DNA of 64,000 nt, from assembly GCA_001938485.1 (NCBI GenBank), contig MQRK01238006.1:12139-76138 (forward strand), written 5' to 3'. The notes under the pieces were generated by a model, which saw nothing but the letters and a program-made list of their open reading frames with translations, was not told the DNA's origin and did no database searches. Numbering within the stretch: the stretch's first letter is position 1; each line of letters begins with the position of its first letter. The stretch is from Girardia tigrina. Taxonomy: Eukaryota. Below, piece after piece: positions 11,025-24,400 of the stretch. Made by a program: the position numbers and the translations under genes.

Positions 11025-13789
11025 CTTGATTATATTTATATTTAATTATATTCGTATTTATCTCTATGAATATTATCATTACAATTTAATACTAATTATT
11101 ATTTAATATTCCCTAATATAAATTGTTTTATTATCGTTAATTATATTATTATGCAACTTTATTCACGCAGTTAAATCTCATTTATATTCAATATATCATT
11201 TAATACTCTTTATATCCTTTCATAACATTTAAATGATATCATTTATAGCATTTAATACTCTTTAAGTATCTTTTGGTCGAATTTTAAATCAAATTTTTGA
11301 TGAAATCCATTGTTGTTATTGTCGGGGTTCTTTTTGGTGATCTTTAAATTTTTGATATTTTTAAATTTTCGATATTTTCAAAACTCATATTTATATTTTA
11401 AATAAATCAAAAATAATATTAAAAATTTTATTAATTTGAAAATAATTAATTGTTATAAATAATCTGTAAAATAAATATTTAAAACCAAAATTTTTTAAAC
11501 AGTNNNNNNNNNNNNNNNNNNNNNNNNNNNNNNNNNNNNNNNNNNNNNNNNNNNNNNNNNNNNNNNNNNNNNNNNNTATTTGTGTATTTTAAAAAATCGT
11601 GATTTATATTCAAAAATAAAATAATATTTGCTGTATTTCAAATTTGTGAATTGTATCTTAAAGTTGTAAATGGTTTTTGCAAATTTTTGTTAAAAGGAAA
11701 TAAAATGTTTTATTAAAGAGAAATAATTTATAGTTTAAATTATTAATAATCACTATGTTTAAATTGAATTTTCAAAATATTTTTAAAGATCTAAATTTAT
11801 AAAAAATTGAATAAAATANNNNNNNNNNNNNNNNNNNNNNNNNNNNNNNNNNNNNNNNNNTTTTTAGATCTGGATTATGAAATTGAAATAGTTCCTCATA
11901 AATTTGTTTCAATAATGAAAATTGTAGTAGAAATAAAAGTTTGCAAATTATGAATTCTGATTTCAATCACGAACCTAATAGTTATATACACTGATTAATA
12001 AATTGAATTGTTTATTGTCGCTTGAACCATATTTATTGAAGAAAATTAATAACATAATTAATTCGTATTACAAAAAATATAAATATTATTTTTCACCCTC
12101 TTATGAAAATTTTATTTAGTTTAATAAAAAAAATGAAAGAACTTTTCATTTAGAATTAACAATAGTACTGAAGGAAAATACCCGATAATGACGAAATACC
12201 TAATGCAAAATATTTATTTCGTCCTGTCCGAAATGCAACTTCAAATCAATATATATTATTCGTTTTGAGTCCCTTATCAGTTACTACTTAATTATTACTA
12301 TTTATAATCTGTACATGGGTCTCCCTCTCTCACCAAGTTATCTCCCCTAAATCAGCATAATTCTTCCTCGAGCCCTAAGTCGCGTAAAACTCTCAATAAT
12401 TCTTCTCATACACAATCAAATTAAATAAAATTAGGCGAATTAAATAAATCTAAACAACAAAAATTAAATAATAAAACTTCTAAATAAATAAATCAATATT
12501 TCAATAAAATATATTGTAGAATAAAATAACAAAATAAAATAACAATTAAAGGTATTAAATTAAATAAACACAAACGGTCAATCAAATAATAAATAATTAT
12601 AAATTCAAAATCAAAATTCATACTTGTCGAAGGATTCCACAATGGTTAAAAAAAATGATTTCAAAATTTCTGAATATAATATATAATATATTCTGTTATG
12701 TAATATTGTGTGCGCGCGATTTATAAACTTTGATATATAATTTTGCAATTTGCTGTTGTGTGTGTAATGTTCAAGTTTTTGTGTTGTTCGGTATGCCGGG
12801 TATTTATATTATATTGGCTTATCGAGGACAGGATACGGGGTTTTTCGCAGTTCAAGTAATCCTCACACCGGCTTATCGTGTTGCTCTGACAGCTAGTTTA
12901 CCCAGGTCGGTAAGATTTATTCTGGGATGTCAGACGTTTATCAGTTGTTTATCTGATTATTTTATAATTTAGGTAATTATACCTCTGTATCGCTTCATGC
13001 GGCCCACACCTGATTCTTGAGGACTGGCCTCCTTATCTCCGCGACTGTACCGGCATTCAAGTGGATTGTACAGTTCTGGTAAGCATGTCATAAAGATGTC
13101 CTTATTTAATTATCTCTCACCCAGGACGACCCGGAATCCACCTACATAGCTGTCTGGCAATCGGAGGATGGTCTGTTTTTAATTAATTTTCTTAATTAAT
13201 TTCAACTTTATTTTGCTTTTCAGGGGCTTCTCAAGGGTCTAATGTCAACACTTGCCGGCTTCTCTTAGGATTATGGGTATTCCACTACCAGCAGTCTCCA
13301 TCTGGACCCCTTTTCCCGGCTTCTATTACCTTCAGGTGAGCTTGTATGGTCTTCTTGGGATTTTTGATTTTAATTAATTTGTTTTTCTCAGCTCACGGTC
13401 AGTGTCAACCTCTCCGGCCCTTAAGCACTATTAGACCTATTCACAGATCCTTTTCGGAGTTCACCGCCCTGTTGACGCACGGAAAACATTTAAACGCAAC
13501 CGGGAATAGTCGAGTTTGACTATTCCCGAATTCCACCAAAATTCTGTGATCAAGGGGTGGTGCAATGAATGGAAGGGGTCAAATGTGGAGTTGAAAGTGT
13601 CGATCGTAACATCTCTCTTGATCAATATATTTCTGAGTTCAAACTAATTATTTTCAATAAATGAAAATCTGTTAATAAAAATTATTAATTATAAAGAATC
13701 TAATTGGTTGAAATTAAATCTTGGCAAATCTTGGACAATTCATTCGGATTAACCAGATGATCTGCGTACAGTCAACTGATTGATTTGAC

Positions 13790-16295
13790 TCGCTGCCAAC
13801 CATGACTGTCATTGTTAACAACAAGTCGGTTACAGCGTTGATAGATTCGGGTTGCTCAAAAACTGTTGTTTTTAAAGGGTTGATCAAGGGAAACTCATTT
13901 CAGTCAAATGAGCAAAGAATTGTTTTGGCTAATTGCGATGATATATGTGTGGGGATTAGTGTTGTGGAATTGACTATAGACAATATAACTATGAAAGTAG
14001 AATGTTCTGTCATGAAATACTTACCCTATGATTTGGTAATTTTAATTGGTATGGATGTTATAAGTGAACTTGGGGGTGTGAAAATTAATAAGGGTGTTAT
14101 CGAATTTGGTGTGTGTGTAGGAGAAGGACTAAAGAATGCTGGTGACAATACGAGTTGTGTCACGGATGTTGTGCCAAGTGTTAGCCTGAAAAAACACAAT
14201 TATGAGATTGAATTTAAGGATAATTGGACGGTTAAATGGAAGTGGAAAGATAAAGCGCCGAATTATCCACCAATTCGACATTCGACCTTTAAGGATGACA
14301 AATCGAAAGACATAGGTACAATGAAAATCCTTGAGGAGTGGATGAAGAAGGGTTATTTAATCGATTATGACGAGATGGAAATGGGTAAATCGATAGGATT
14401 TATACCCATATTTGGAATATTGCAAGTTAACAAATCCAACATAAGACCGATCTTTGATTTTAGAAAATTAAACAATTATGTAGACGTGCATAGTGGCTCA
14501 GCAGAAAAGGATCAAAATTTTCTATGCTTGATTTATCAGAGGCATATATGCAGATTCGCGTTCACAAGGAAATGTGGCGTTGTCAATCATGTATCATTAA
14601 TGGCAAAAAGTACGCTCTAACCTGGATGGGATTTGGTTTAAATATCGCTCCGACCATTATGACTGAAATTGTCAAGTGGATTTTGAAATCTGATTCTAGA
14701 GCACGTGAAAACACCGACTCGTACATCGATGACATGTACGTTGACGAATCTACAATCACAGTTGATGAAATTAGAATGCTGTTCGAGAAATTTAGTCTAA
14801 AATGCAAAAAAACCAGAAAATCTATCAATGGATAAAGAGTTGCGAGTGTTGGGAGTTAAAGTTTTTAAAGATAAGTATTCGGTGAGATGGATGAGAGATA
14901 ATCATTTCAAGGACGAGATAGTAGTCGAATCATATTCGCTGTGTGGTCAATTAGTAGGAATCCATCCTGTTGCTGGTTGGCTACGTCCATCATGTTCCTA
15001 CATGAAAAGGCTCAGTGAAGGAAAATGGGATGAGAAAATAGATGTCGAATTATTCGTGAAAATCAAATTTGTTTTGAAAGAAGGTAAGAAGGAAGATCCT
15101 TGTAGAGAAATATGGAGTATTGATGATTGTAAAGACGGTATCATATGGTGTGATGCCAGTTCGATAGCCATTGGGGCAGCATTGGAAGTTAAAGGAAATA
15201 TTATAGAAGACGCATCGTGGTTAAGGAAAATTGACGATTCTAGGCATATAAACGTAGCATAACTAGAAGCTGTAAAGGGTTTAAATCTCTGTATTAAAGG
15301 GGGACTAACGAATGTTGTAGTAAAATCAGATAACAAATCAGTTGTTTCTTGGATAACTGAGGCACTATCAGAGCGAAATAAATTACACACGAAAGCCTCT
15401 TCCGAGCTTTTGATAAAGCGNNNATTGTCAATGATTAAGGAGTTGTGCCAGGAATACAAAATAACTTTGAAAATTGAGTTTGTTAATAGTGAAGACAACA
15501 AGGCTGATGAACTGACAAGAATACCCAAACAATTAAAACGAAGTAGTTGCCTTTTGTTTGTAACAGATGACATATTCAAACTACAGAAACTTCATGAGAG
15601 ATGTCATTTAGGTGCAAAGAGAATGCGATATCTGTGCGATAAGTTGGAAATAAATGTGTTAAATGCGGATATAAAGGATTTCATCTCGAAGTGTCAAAGT
15701 TGCTAATCTATTGATCGGCTCCAATAAAATAGGAAACTGGAAAATTAGCTGTCAATGAAAACTTGACAAGACTTGCAGCGGATGTCACAAAATTTGATCA
15801 ACAAAAATTCTTAAGTATCTTTGATTGTGGACCCTCTCGATTTGCTGTATGGAAACTAATCAAAGCTGAGGATGTCAAGTCGATTGTTACAGAGTTTTCA
15901 AATTTCTTCTGCAAGCGTGGATCTCCAAAGGAGTTGATTATTGACAATTATATGACATTTCATTCAGCCGAATTCTGCAAGTTGATGGAAAAGTGGAATG
16001 TACATGTCCTATACCGCGCTATTAATCGACCAAATTGCAACGGAATAATAGAGAGAAATCATAAGACAATCAAGAGAATTGCGTCTCGATCGAATATCAG
16101 TATCATGGAAGCCTTATGGTAGTATAACAATACACCGTCCGACGGAAAGAAGACACCTAGTTCAGCACTTTACAAGTACATTCCAGTCGGTTTGGAGATA
16201 ATCGAAATAATTGAAAAGGAGCCAGTTTGCAATAAGGTAAGACAGACTTCGTAGAGCAACAGTTAGTCTGGGTAAAACCTGAAAATAATATGCCA
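13790..16295 (+). mobile_element. Gypsy/Ty3 pol (protease-RT-RNase H-integrase), frameshifted
   Basis: ALIDSGCS; RPIFDFRKLN, LDLSEAYMQI, GFGLNIAP, YIDD; WCDASS, HINVA*LEAV, NKADELTR; HERCHLG..CQSC, IIDN, NGIIERNHKTIK. Confidence 0.92.
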
Positions 16296-18819
16296 TAAAA
16301 ATATTAAAAGTCATATTGGTGTTCTTAATACTTATAATTGTAATTTTCTATTGTTGAATTATTCTTTTTTTTAGTATTTTGTCATAATCACTAAATATTA
16401 TTTTAAAAATTATATAAATAAATGCAGTACCATTTCAATTATTTATTTAATCAAATAAGAATCAATACAGTGTGTTTTTGCTAACTTTGTAAAGCTTTAC
16501 ATCAAAAGTCATTTTTGAAGTTGTTTTGAAGTTACCGCCATCACAAAATTAAAGATCGGAGAATTATGTTAATATTTTTAATTATTTTTGTTTTTTTATT
16601 GAAATATATGATCTAACAGATCTTGATTTCTTACGAAAATTAATTTATTTTAATTACTTTTTGATTAATTTGCTATTGTCCATTTTTCTTATTTAACAAA
16701 TTCCAAAATTTTTGTATGTGGATTGTCAATGTAACTACAGCTTTTTTCGACATTTTCTAGAGATTTTAGTAATGATATTGTAGCCTAGTGTATTTAATAT
16801 TAATATATTTCTTTTAAAGTTATTTTAATTTGTTCGTTTTTCCTCGTCTGTTTTATGCTTCCCGATTTCTTGGGTTATTTTTATTTCTCTATTTTTTATT
16901 ATATCTATGAATATAAATATGTTCGATTTTAATTTTCTGCACTTTTTTATTTAAGATATTTTTATTTACGACTACAACCAGGAAGAAATCTCGGAAAAGA
17001 ACCAGAGCTTCTGTATTTTTTTCAACAATCATGAGGAGATCCATCACTCCTATGCGAGCTCTTATGAGAAGGATTGTGTATAAATCTTCATTTTTTATTT
17101 TTGTATGTACTGATGTTTTTTGTATCCTTTGCGTGTGCTATATCATTTTATTATTTTATTATTTTTTATTATTTTTATTATTTTATTTTTTTATGTTTCA
17201 TCAAAAGAATGAATCAGGGATAATATTTCCCTACCATTGTTAATAATAATTACATATATGTAATTTTGAATTTAAAATTTGAAAAGAATCAATGGTTGTC
17301 ATCGAAGTTGATTATAATTGTTTATTTGATATGAATAATTTTATGACAACCAAGAATAGCTCGAATTGTTTTTAACTTTCAATTTTTTTATTATCCATTT
17401 ACCCTATTCATTCTATTTGGTGATGACTAATGTGGATAGTTCCACTGTAATCTTGTCATCTTATCTAATTTTATTTGTTGTATTTATTCTGACAAACACC
17501 TTTGTGATTAAAGAAGTATATACGAATTCAAAATTGTAATAAAGAAAAGAAAACCGTTTAATTATATTGAAATTAAAAAAGGAAGAACATAAAATAAATT
17601 ATATAAAAAATTGAACGCCTGAAGAACCATTTTCGCGTTAAAGTTTTAATTTAAAGAAGATTCAACAAGTATATTATTATCATTCATTCCTGACATTATA
17701 TATTAATAATTGAAATCAGTTACTGTACGTGTTAGTTAACTTACATTGTATAATATATATCTATTTCAACATCTGAATTATATATATATATACATTTTTT
17801 AATATTTTGTAGCACCACTCTAAAGTTATAAAAAAAAAGAAAGTTGATATTATTTGGACAATTTTTTTTATCAATTATTGTGAATCAACTTTCTTTTTTT
17901 TAAATCTTGGAATTCTATTTTCCCAGATAATTGACAATGGCACTGTAACTGCAGTAAAGTTTAAAGACTTTTAATTGAACTTGTAACTGAAGTAGTTGTT
18001 CAGAGTTGATATGAAAGAACTCTGATTCTTATATATAATGTGTACATATTCACCGTCAGGTTGACATGTAAGAAGTTTTAAGAGGAACTTCTTCAACAAT
18101 AAAGTTTCTTTAACCATATTTATACATATTAAAACCTATTACATATTTATTCTTGAAGGTGAACTCTACTGTACGAAAGATTTAATAGTTTGAATGTGGA
18201 ATAATGTCGACGAAAAAATCGAAAGAAACTGTCCGAGATAATTTTGGAAGGTGTATGTACAGTTAGTAAGCATTTCAATGATTTGGTAAATAATTTTATT
18301 TGTTGAGATCGTACTTGCTAAACATTTTTTGAAACTGAACAAATTGGCTTTAGTCCTGCAGGTTTTCGGTAAACACTCATAAAAGAAACGCATATTCAAT
18401 AACTACTTAAATATAAAAATGTATAAAAACATTTCAAATACATTCCAGAATCGTGCATATTGATAAATTGTTGTCTGTTGATTAAAATTCTTCTTTAAAA
18501 TCAGAACAAAACATTTAAATTGATTCCAAATAGAATTTCATCAACAGCACAATATTCCACAAAAACTGTTTACTCATTTTTGCCCCATCAGTAGAAGGTG
18601 ATGAGAATCTTCCAGGTTCTAGGCTTACACAGGTTTAAGACCAGATAGGCCAACTCAGCTCTTGTTGGTATGATGTATTAACCTAAACTAGCAATTGATC
18701 TTTTCTTAATTTCAATCTATTTTATTTTATTAAAATAAGGTGAACTCGAATATCCCGATTCAAATCTTCGCTTCTACCGGGTTTTTAGATTTTATGGTCA
18801 AGATGCGTCTGGTTAAAAA

Positions 18820-18937
18820 TAGCCGCCATTTGCGTTCAAATTGTCAATGATCAGAGCGTTGTGCAGTTCACATTAATTCACACATTTTGCTGCGTTCTTC
18901 ATCGACGTGTGAGCCGAGTGATCCATCGCTTAAAGTG
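18820..18937 (-). rRNA. Orphan, 3'-truncated 5.8S rRNA copy (pseudogene fragment)
   Basis: Reverse complement actttaagcgatggatcactcggctcacacgtcgatgaagaacgcagc...gaattaatgtgaactgca...tttgaacgcaaatggcggct carries the conserved 5.8S motifs; no 18S or 28S nearby. Confidence 0.92.
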
Positions 18938-18970
18938 GTATGTTATATACAGATGCTTTTTATCGCGATT

Positions 18971-19830
18971 TTAAATATTGAACAGGTTGATAGATGTGCG
19001 AAACTGACTGATGTTGTCAACGTAATCATTGAGATTTTCTAATTGACTTTGAGATTTTCTAAGGGTCTTACCAACTCGGTTACACAACAACGTACTTAAC
19101 ACCGCGGAATAAAATAAAATGAAAAAAAAATATTCGATAAACACAATTATAATATTATACAACAATAAAAAAAACGGAAAGATGAGATGGGTTACAAGAA
19201 TCACGAAGGGGAAAGAGAAGTTAGATAAATAATACCGCTCAAAAACAAAATAATTACCGTCTGAATCAAATGTTCGTTTCAGAAACGAACAGACTGAATC
19301 TCGGTATCGGTTCGGCAACAACAATTTTGTCTCTAATCGCCTCTTCGATATCTATTATCGTCTCTTGGGTCGAGATTTCTCCAATAAAATCACTTGGCAA
19401 TTGACTATTCGTTGTCTTGATCAAGAGAGATCGAAATTCCGGAAAGTCGTTCGATTTTCGGCGTTTATAAGATTTCTGTTGTTGCCAGCAAATAGCAAAT
19501 TTTAATTTGAATTGTTGTTGTAATTTTTTTTAATTCGCTATATTTCTAATCAATATTTCTATAGAGTTTTTAAATTTCCCATTAATCCAAAATAATTAGT
19601 TTTTGATTGTGATACCAAATCATTCTCATTTGACATTAATCTCCTTTGATAAATATATTTCGATTTCATCATATCAATATTGCAAACCAAGATTTTATCA
19701 TTTGTTTTTAAGGTTTTGTTTGACAAATCTTGAAATTCTTCCTTTATCCATTGATTTTCTTCCGTTAATCGAGTATTTTGTAAAAAACGAACGAGTTAAA
19801 TCTGCCATAAGAGAATCATATATCATAAAA
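18971..19830 (-). pseudogene. Degraded gene-like fragments of unknown identity
   Basis: Exon-like open stretches (LVRFLQNTRLTEENQWIKEEFQ..., LLPNRYRDSVCSFLKRTFDSD, AVLSTLLCNRVGKTLRK...) broken by stops/frameshifts; GTAATT donor near 19258. Confidence 0.35.
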
Positions 19831-20084
19831 AAAATAATTTTAATTCTTCACATTTATTTAGATTATCATTACTATTATATAAAGATATTGAATCGTTAAA
19901 GCATCCAGCTTTTAAAGTTAATTCGTTACTCTACTCCTGAATATAATTTGCGATGTTTAAAAGTTTTCTTCTCAAATTTAAATGTTTCATATATAAATCG
20001 ATTTCAAAATTTTCTAGATAACACACTTAAACGCACATCAGAGGACACAAGCACACACTCATGCTCACAATTGTGTTAAGAAGA

Positions 20085-21417
20085 GAATCAAAGTCTGCAA
20101 CACATTGGATTAATCGCTTCAAAACATGCCATTCCATTGTTGCAAAAAATCTTCCTAGCGAAGCAGCGGCTGTTGGTGAAGGAATTGTGATAGACTGGCG
20201 AATTAATCTTCTTCCAGAAATGTTGCGTCAATTCCCCTTTGGTGACATTTTCAACGTTGATGAGATGGGATTATTCTGGCGTCTCCTACTAAATAGCACC
20301 CATACCTTCAAAGGTGTAATATGCAGTGGAGGAAAGCGGCCAAAGGGGTGGATTACAGTCCTAAGTGGTGCAAGCGAATTAGGAGAAAAATTACCGTTAC
20401 TTGTGACTGGAAAGTTCAAAATGCCACGCTGCTTCCGTGGAGAACATGTACCAGGAATGTTTGAAACAAACAGCCATGCCTGGATGACTTCAGAGATTTT
20501 CTCTCAGTATGTTCGACGACTTGACCGACGCATGGCTACAAGTAAGCGTAAGATTGAATTGATCCTCAATAACTATCCTGCTCATCCGACAATCGAATGG
20601 TTAATAAACATTACACTGTTCTTTCTACCTCCATATACCACGTCGCATACGCAGCCTATAAATGAGGGGGTTATTGCAACATGAAGCACCACTTGTTTTC
20701 GAATTTTCCGAAAGAAGTGAGCATCTGGGTCCATAGAGATGCCTTCGGACTCCAGGATACACAAAACGCACTCGATCTCCGATTCATCGTCAATAAATTT
20801 GACGGTTTTTCTTGTCCGACGACAAACTCAAAAGACTTATTCTTCTCCCATCCAATCGGAGGTAACTGTTTCGCTTTCACAATATCATTGAGACTGTTTA
20901 ATACGTTCGTTATCGTCTTCGAATACGGATTCAATTCATTATAGATCTCATTATTCGGTCCATCTTTCTGTTTCTCGACCAATCTTTCACACAATCGATG
21001 ATAGAATCGATCGTCTTGATCGAATTTTGATAACACCGCGAAATTGTACAACACGAGAATCGATTTGATTTGCGGAATAATTCCACTGAGAATGATCATC
21101 ATTGCCGAATAATTCTCAATCAACTCCAAATATGACACTGTCATATCGAAATTCAAGTCGATATTCATCGGAAATTTCTTTAACAACAATTTCGTATCGA
21201 TTTCGTAATTCGAATCTGTCAAAATCTTATTCAATACACTGTCATCAGTTAAGAGAGTATTTTTCAGAAAATCTATTTTGATTAACACCGATTCAGCCTT
21301 TTTGTTAAGAATTTTGAGAATGCGAACTTCAAAGTGTAAATTGGTCTAATAGCAAGTTAGTCTAATAACAAGTTTTTTTCTGACTTTTTCCGACTTGCTA
21401 ATATGTAAATTCTACTG
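20085..21417 (+). mobile_element. pogo/Tigger-like element: dead DDE_1 transposase fragment, captured cargo, right TIR
   Basis: WINRFK, FNVDEMGLFW, GEKLPLLVTGK..PRCF, AWMTSEIF, LILNNYPAHP, FLPPYTTSHTQPINEGVI; right end ttgctaatatgtaaattctactg|TA with subterminal gtctaatarcaagtt repeats; left TIR not found. Confidence 0.85.
20693..21340 (-). pseudogene. NCKAP1: NCKAP1/Hem (WAVE complex Nap1) N-terminal fragment inside the pogo element
   Basis: Open frame ILKILNKKAESVLIKIDFLK..LLLKKFP|NIDLNFDMTVSYLELIENYSAMMIILS..SILVLYNFA..DRFYHRL..YNELNPYSKTITNVLNSL..W aligns by eye with the recalled NCKAP1 sequence [86 protein letters not shown]..W. Confidence 0.8.
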
Positions 21418-24400
21418 TAATTTAAAAATTAGTTAAAAGTTATTTACTTTATTTAAATTTTTAATATTAAAATTTGAAACGATTTAGTATTTGTAAAGTT
21501 TTAAAATATCTTATGCTGTAACTTAAAATGCAAATTATGCTCGAATAACTATTCATCGTGAACATCCAAAATATCAATTTTCCATCGGGATTGGAAGAGC
21601 AGATTTCCAAATACTAAAATCAACATACAAAATTCAACAAAACAATTTCAACATACCAAATTTAAAATACTCCTCACAATTATAAAAAATGAAAATTTAT
21701 TAAAATGAAATTTTATAAACATATAAAATCAAAATGAAAACTTTATTAAAATAAAAATTTTTGTAAAAATGAAAATTTAATAATAATAAAAATGGAAAAC
21801 TTTAGTTTAAGACTTTTCTTATTAAAACGAAATTTTTTAATGAAAGAGAATTTTAAAAAAGTTTTAAAAGGATAAAACTTCAATAAACAAAATGTTGCAC
21901 AACTAATAACGAAAATTCAAAAAAAATAATAAATTAGGTATTCATATTAATATATAATTATCTTTATGCATAAATGGTAAGAAACTGATAGCGGTAGAAC
22001 TACTAAGTATTAAAATCACTTTCTTTACAATATTATAAATAAAAATAGTAACTATCGAAACAAAACTATATTATTCAACAATTATTTTAACGGAAAGATT
22101 AAAAAACGAGGGCGTTAGGAAAATCACAGAAAAAAATAATCACGAGTTGAAGAAATGAATAAAATATAAGTTAGTTACTTAGTATTGTTGAAATGTTTCT
22201 TGTTATTGTATTGTTCTACAGTAATAGATTGGGTGATAAATGTTTGGTAGAGACGATGAGATATATGATCTTTTGAAGAAGGTATTTCTTTGATGTTGGA
22301 ACTTATAACTGCATTAGAAATTGTTTTGAAATTATTCTTGTTTGTTAATTTTTCGTTATCAAGTTTTTCTTTTATATCTTGTCGTTTTTACTATTTAAAA
22401 TCGAACTTCTCCAGTATTAAATTCGTTTTATTTTGAAATTAACTTATTCGTACGATAAATGTCTCGTATTCACAGCAATGAAATATTAAATCAAAATTGT
22501 TTATTATTATATTTATTTATCGATTTTGTTTTAATTTTATATTATATTATTATTTATTTCTTTTTGGACCTTTCGGGGCCAACCGTTTGGAGAATTAATG
22601 AATCGCTTCCCCAAACGGTTTTGGTCCTGAAAGACTGCTGGAGTCGTAAAACAAAAAAAGAATATTATATCAGTACATATTTCATTATCTTTATGTATGA
22701 ATGGTTTGTGCATAAGAAAAATTGTTCCTCGGAAATTTGTTTGAAAAATATTATGGCGTTACATTAATAAAAATTTTGAATAATGTTAATTTATGATACT
22801 TCTTTAACCCAAGATTCAAAAAATTATCTTGGTGGAAAAGTTTTCATATGTTTTGAAATATTTTCTATATAATCAAAAATATTTTTTGTTCAATTAAGAA
22901 TAAGTCCATGTTGGATAATTACAAGTTTAAGATTCATTTTCATACAGATTTATATCAAACTTTCAACAATATTATTCAGGTTCTTCTAAGAAATAATGAT
23001 TAACTTTTGAATTTATTCAAGATGTTTATTTTCACTTCAATTATACATATCACGAACTTACAGTTTGTTCAGATATTTAGAAACTGATAACGATTCCTTC
23101 AAACCTTTTAACAAACAATTATCGAGTTTAAAACAGAATAAGTCTTGACTCAAGCCAATGATAAATACTGTAGTGGGCTCGATCACGCTTTCGTGATCGG
23201 GAAACCAAAAAGGAGAACAAGCCGACTACAAAATTTATTAACATAAAAATATTCCTTTACAATTGAAATCCCTTGTTGAACTTCAGTTTTTGCATTAGAC
23301 ATTTTTCCTAAATCTGATTATTAAAACAAAACAACGTTTTCGTTTTTTTTAATTAAATGTTCTTAATTTAATTTTTCTGAAAGAATTTTTTTGTTCAACT
23401 AATTTAGGCATTTCTGCTTGATTTTTTATAGAAAAATGTACTTCGAATAAATTAGCTGATTAATATTTTTTTTAGTAAAATAGTAAAAAAAAATTGAATG
23501 TTATTTACATTAGTGAAATTTGTAAAAATTTAAATGATTTGATTATTCAAGGAAAATCAAAGCGCCACAAATACTAAAACACAAACTTGTTTATTTACAT
23601 AAAATAGCTTAAAATTCATTGCAATCAAACAACAATTAGAAATTTCTGGAAATAATTAATTACTAAATAAAAAATGAGTTCTTTTTAACTAAAATTTTAT
23701 TTATAAATTTGCAATATTGTTTCTGAAAAAAAAGATATTTCTCTTTGAATTTTTAAACAATAATACCTTATTATAATAATTATGAGGAGTTAATTAATTT
23801 TAGTTCGCTGATCAAAATTTAAATGATTATATTATATTATATTTATTTTGAGTTGAAATCAAGTTGAAAATTTTAAAAATTAAGTAGAATAATAATTAAA
23901 TATTTTAAATTTGAAATTTAAAATATACTTTAAAAATTCATTTGATTTAAAATATTATTTTAGTAGAAAAATGAGTGGATAAAAACAGATAACAGATAAA
24001 ACAGTATTTTTAAAAATAATATTTTTATTTGAATTTTTTAAAAAAAAATTATTAATATTTGAAAAGTTTATTTTTAAAATTTTAAAATCAATTAAGGATA
24101 TGATTAAAAAAATTAAATATTTAAAACATAAAAAAATGAATATTAAATATAAAAAAATTTCAAAAGTAGTAAAAATAAATTATAAAATGTTTTTTTAAAT
24201 AAATGCAAAACTAAAAAACAGCATATAATATTTCATTTGAAAAACAAAATTTTAAAAACATTATAAAAGGCTTAAAACAAACAACAAATTTAAAGAATTA
24301 AATTTTTTCATCAAAAACTAAATATATGGAAAATTATAATTTTCATAAATATTTTTTAAAATTTTAAAATTAAATATTATTTTGATTTGATTGCAATTAA

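Noticed and set aside
17900-18680. Coding-like minus-strand sequence
   Set aside because: Stops in all frames and no recognisable family
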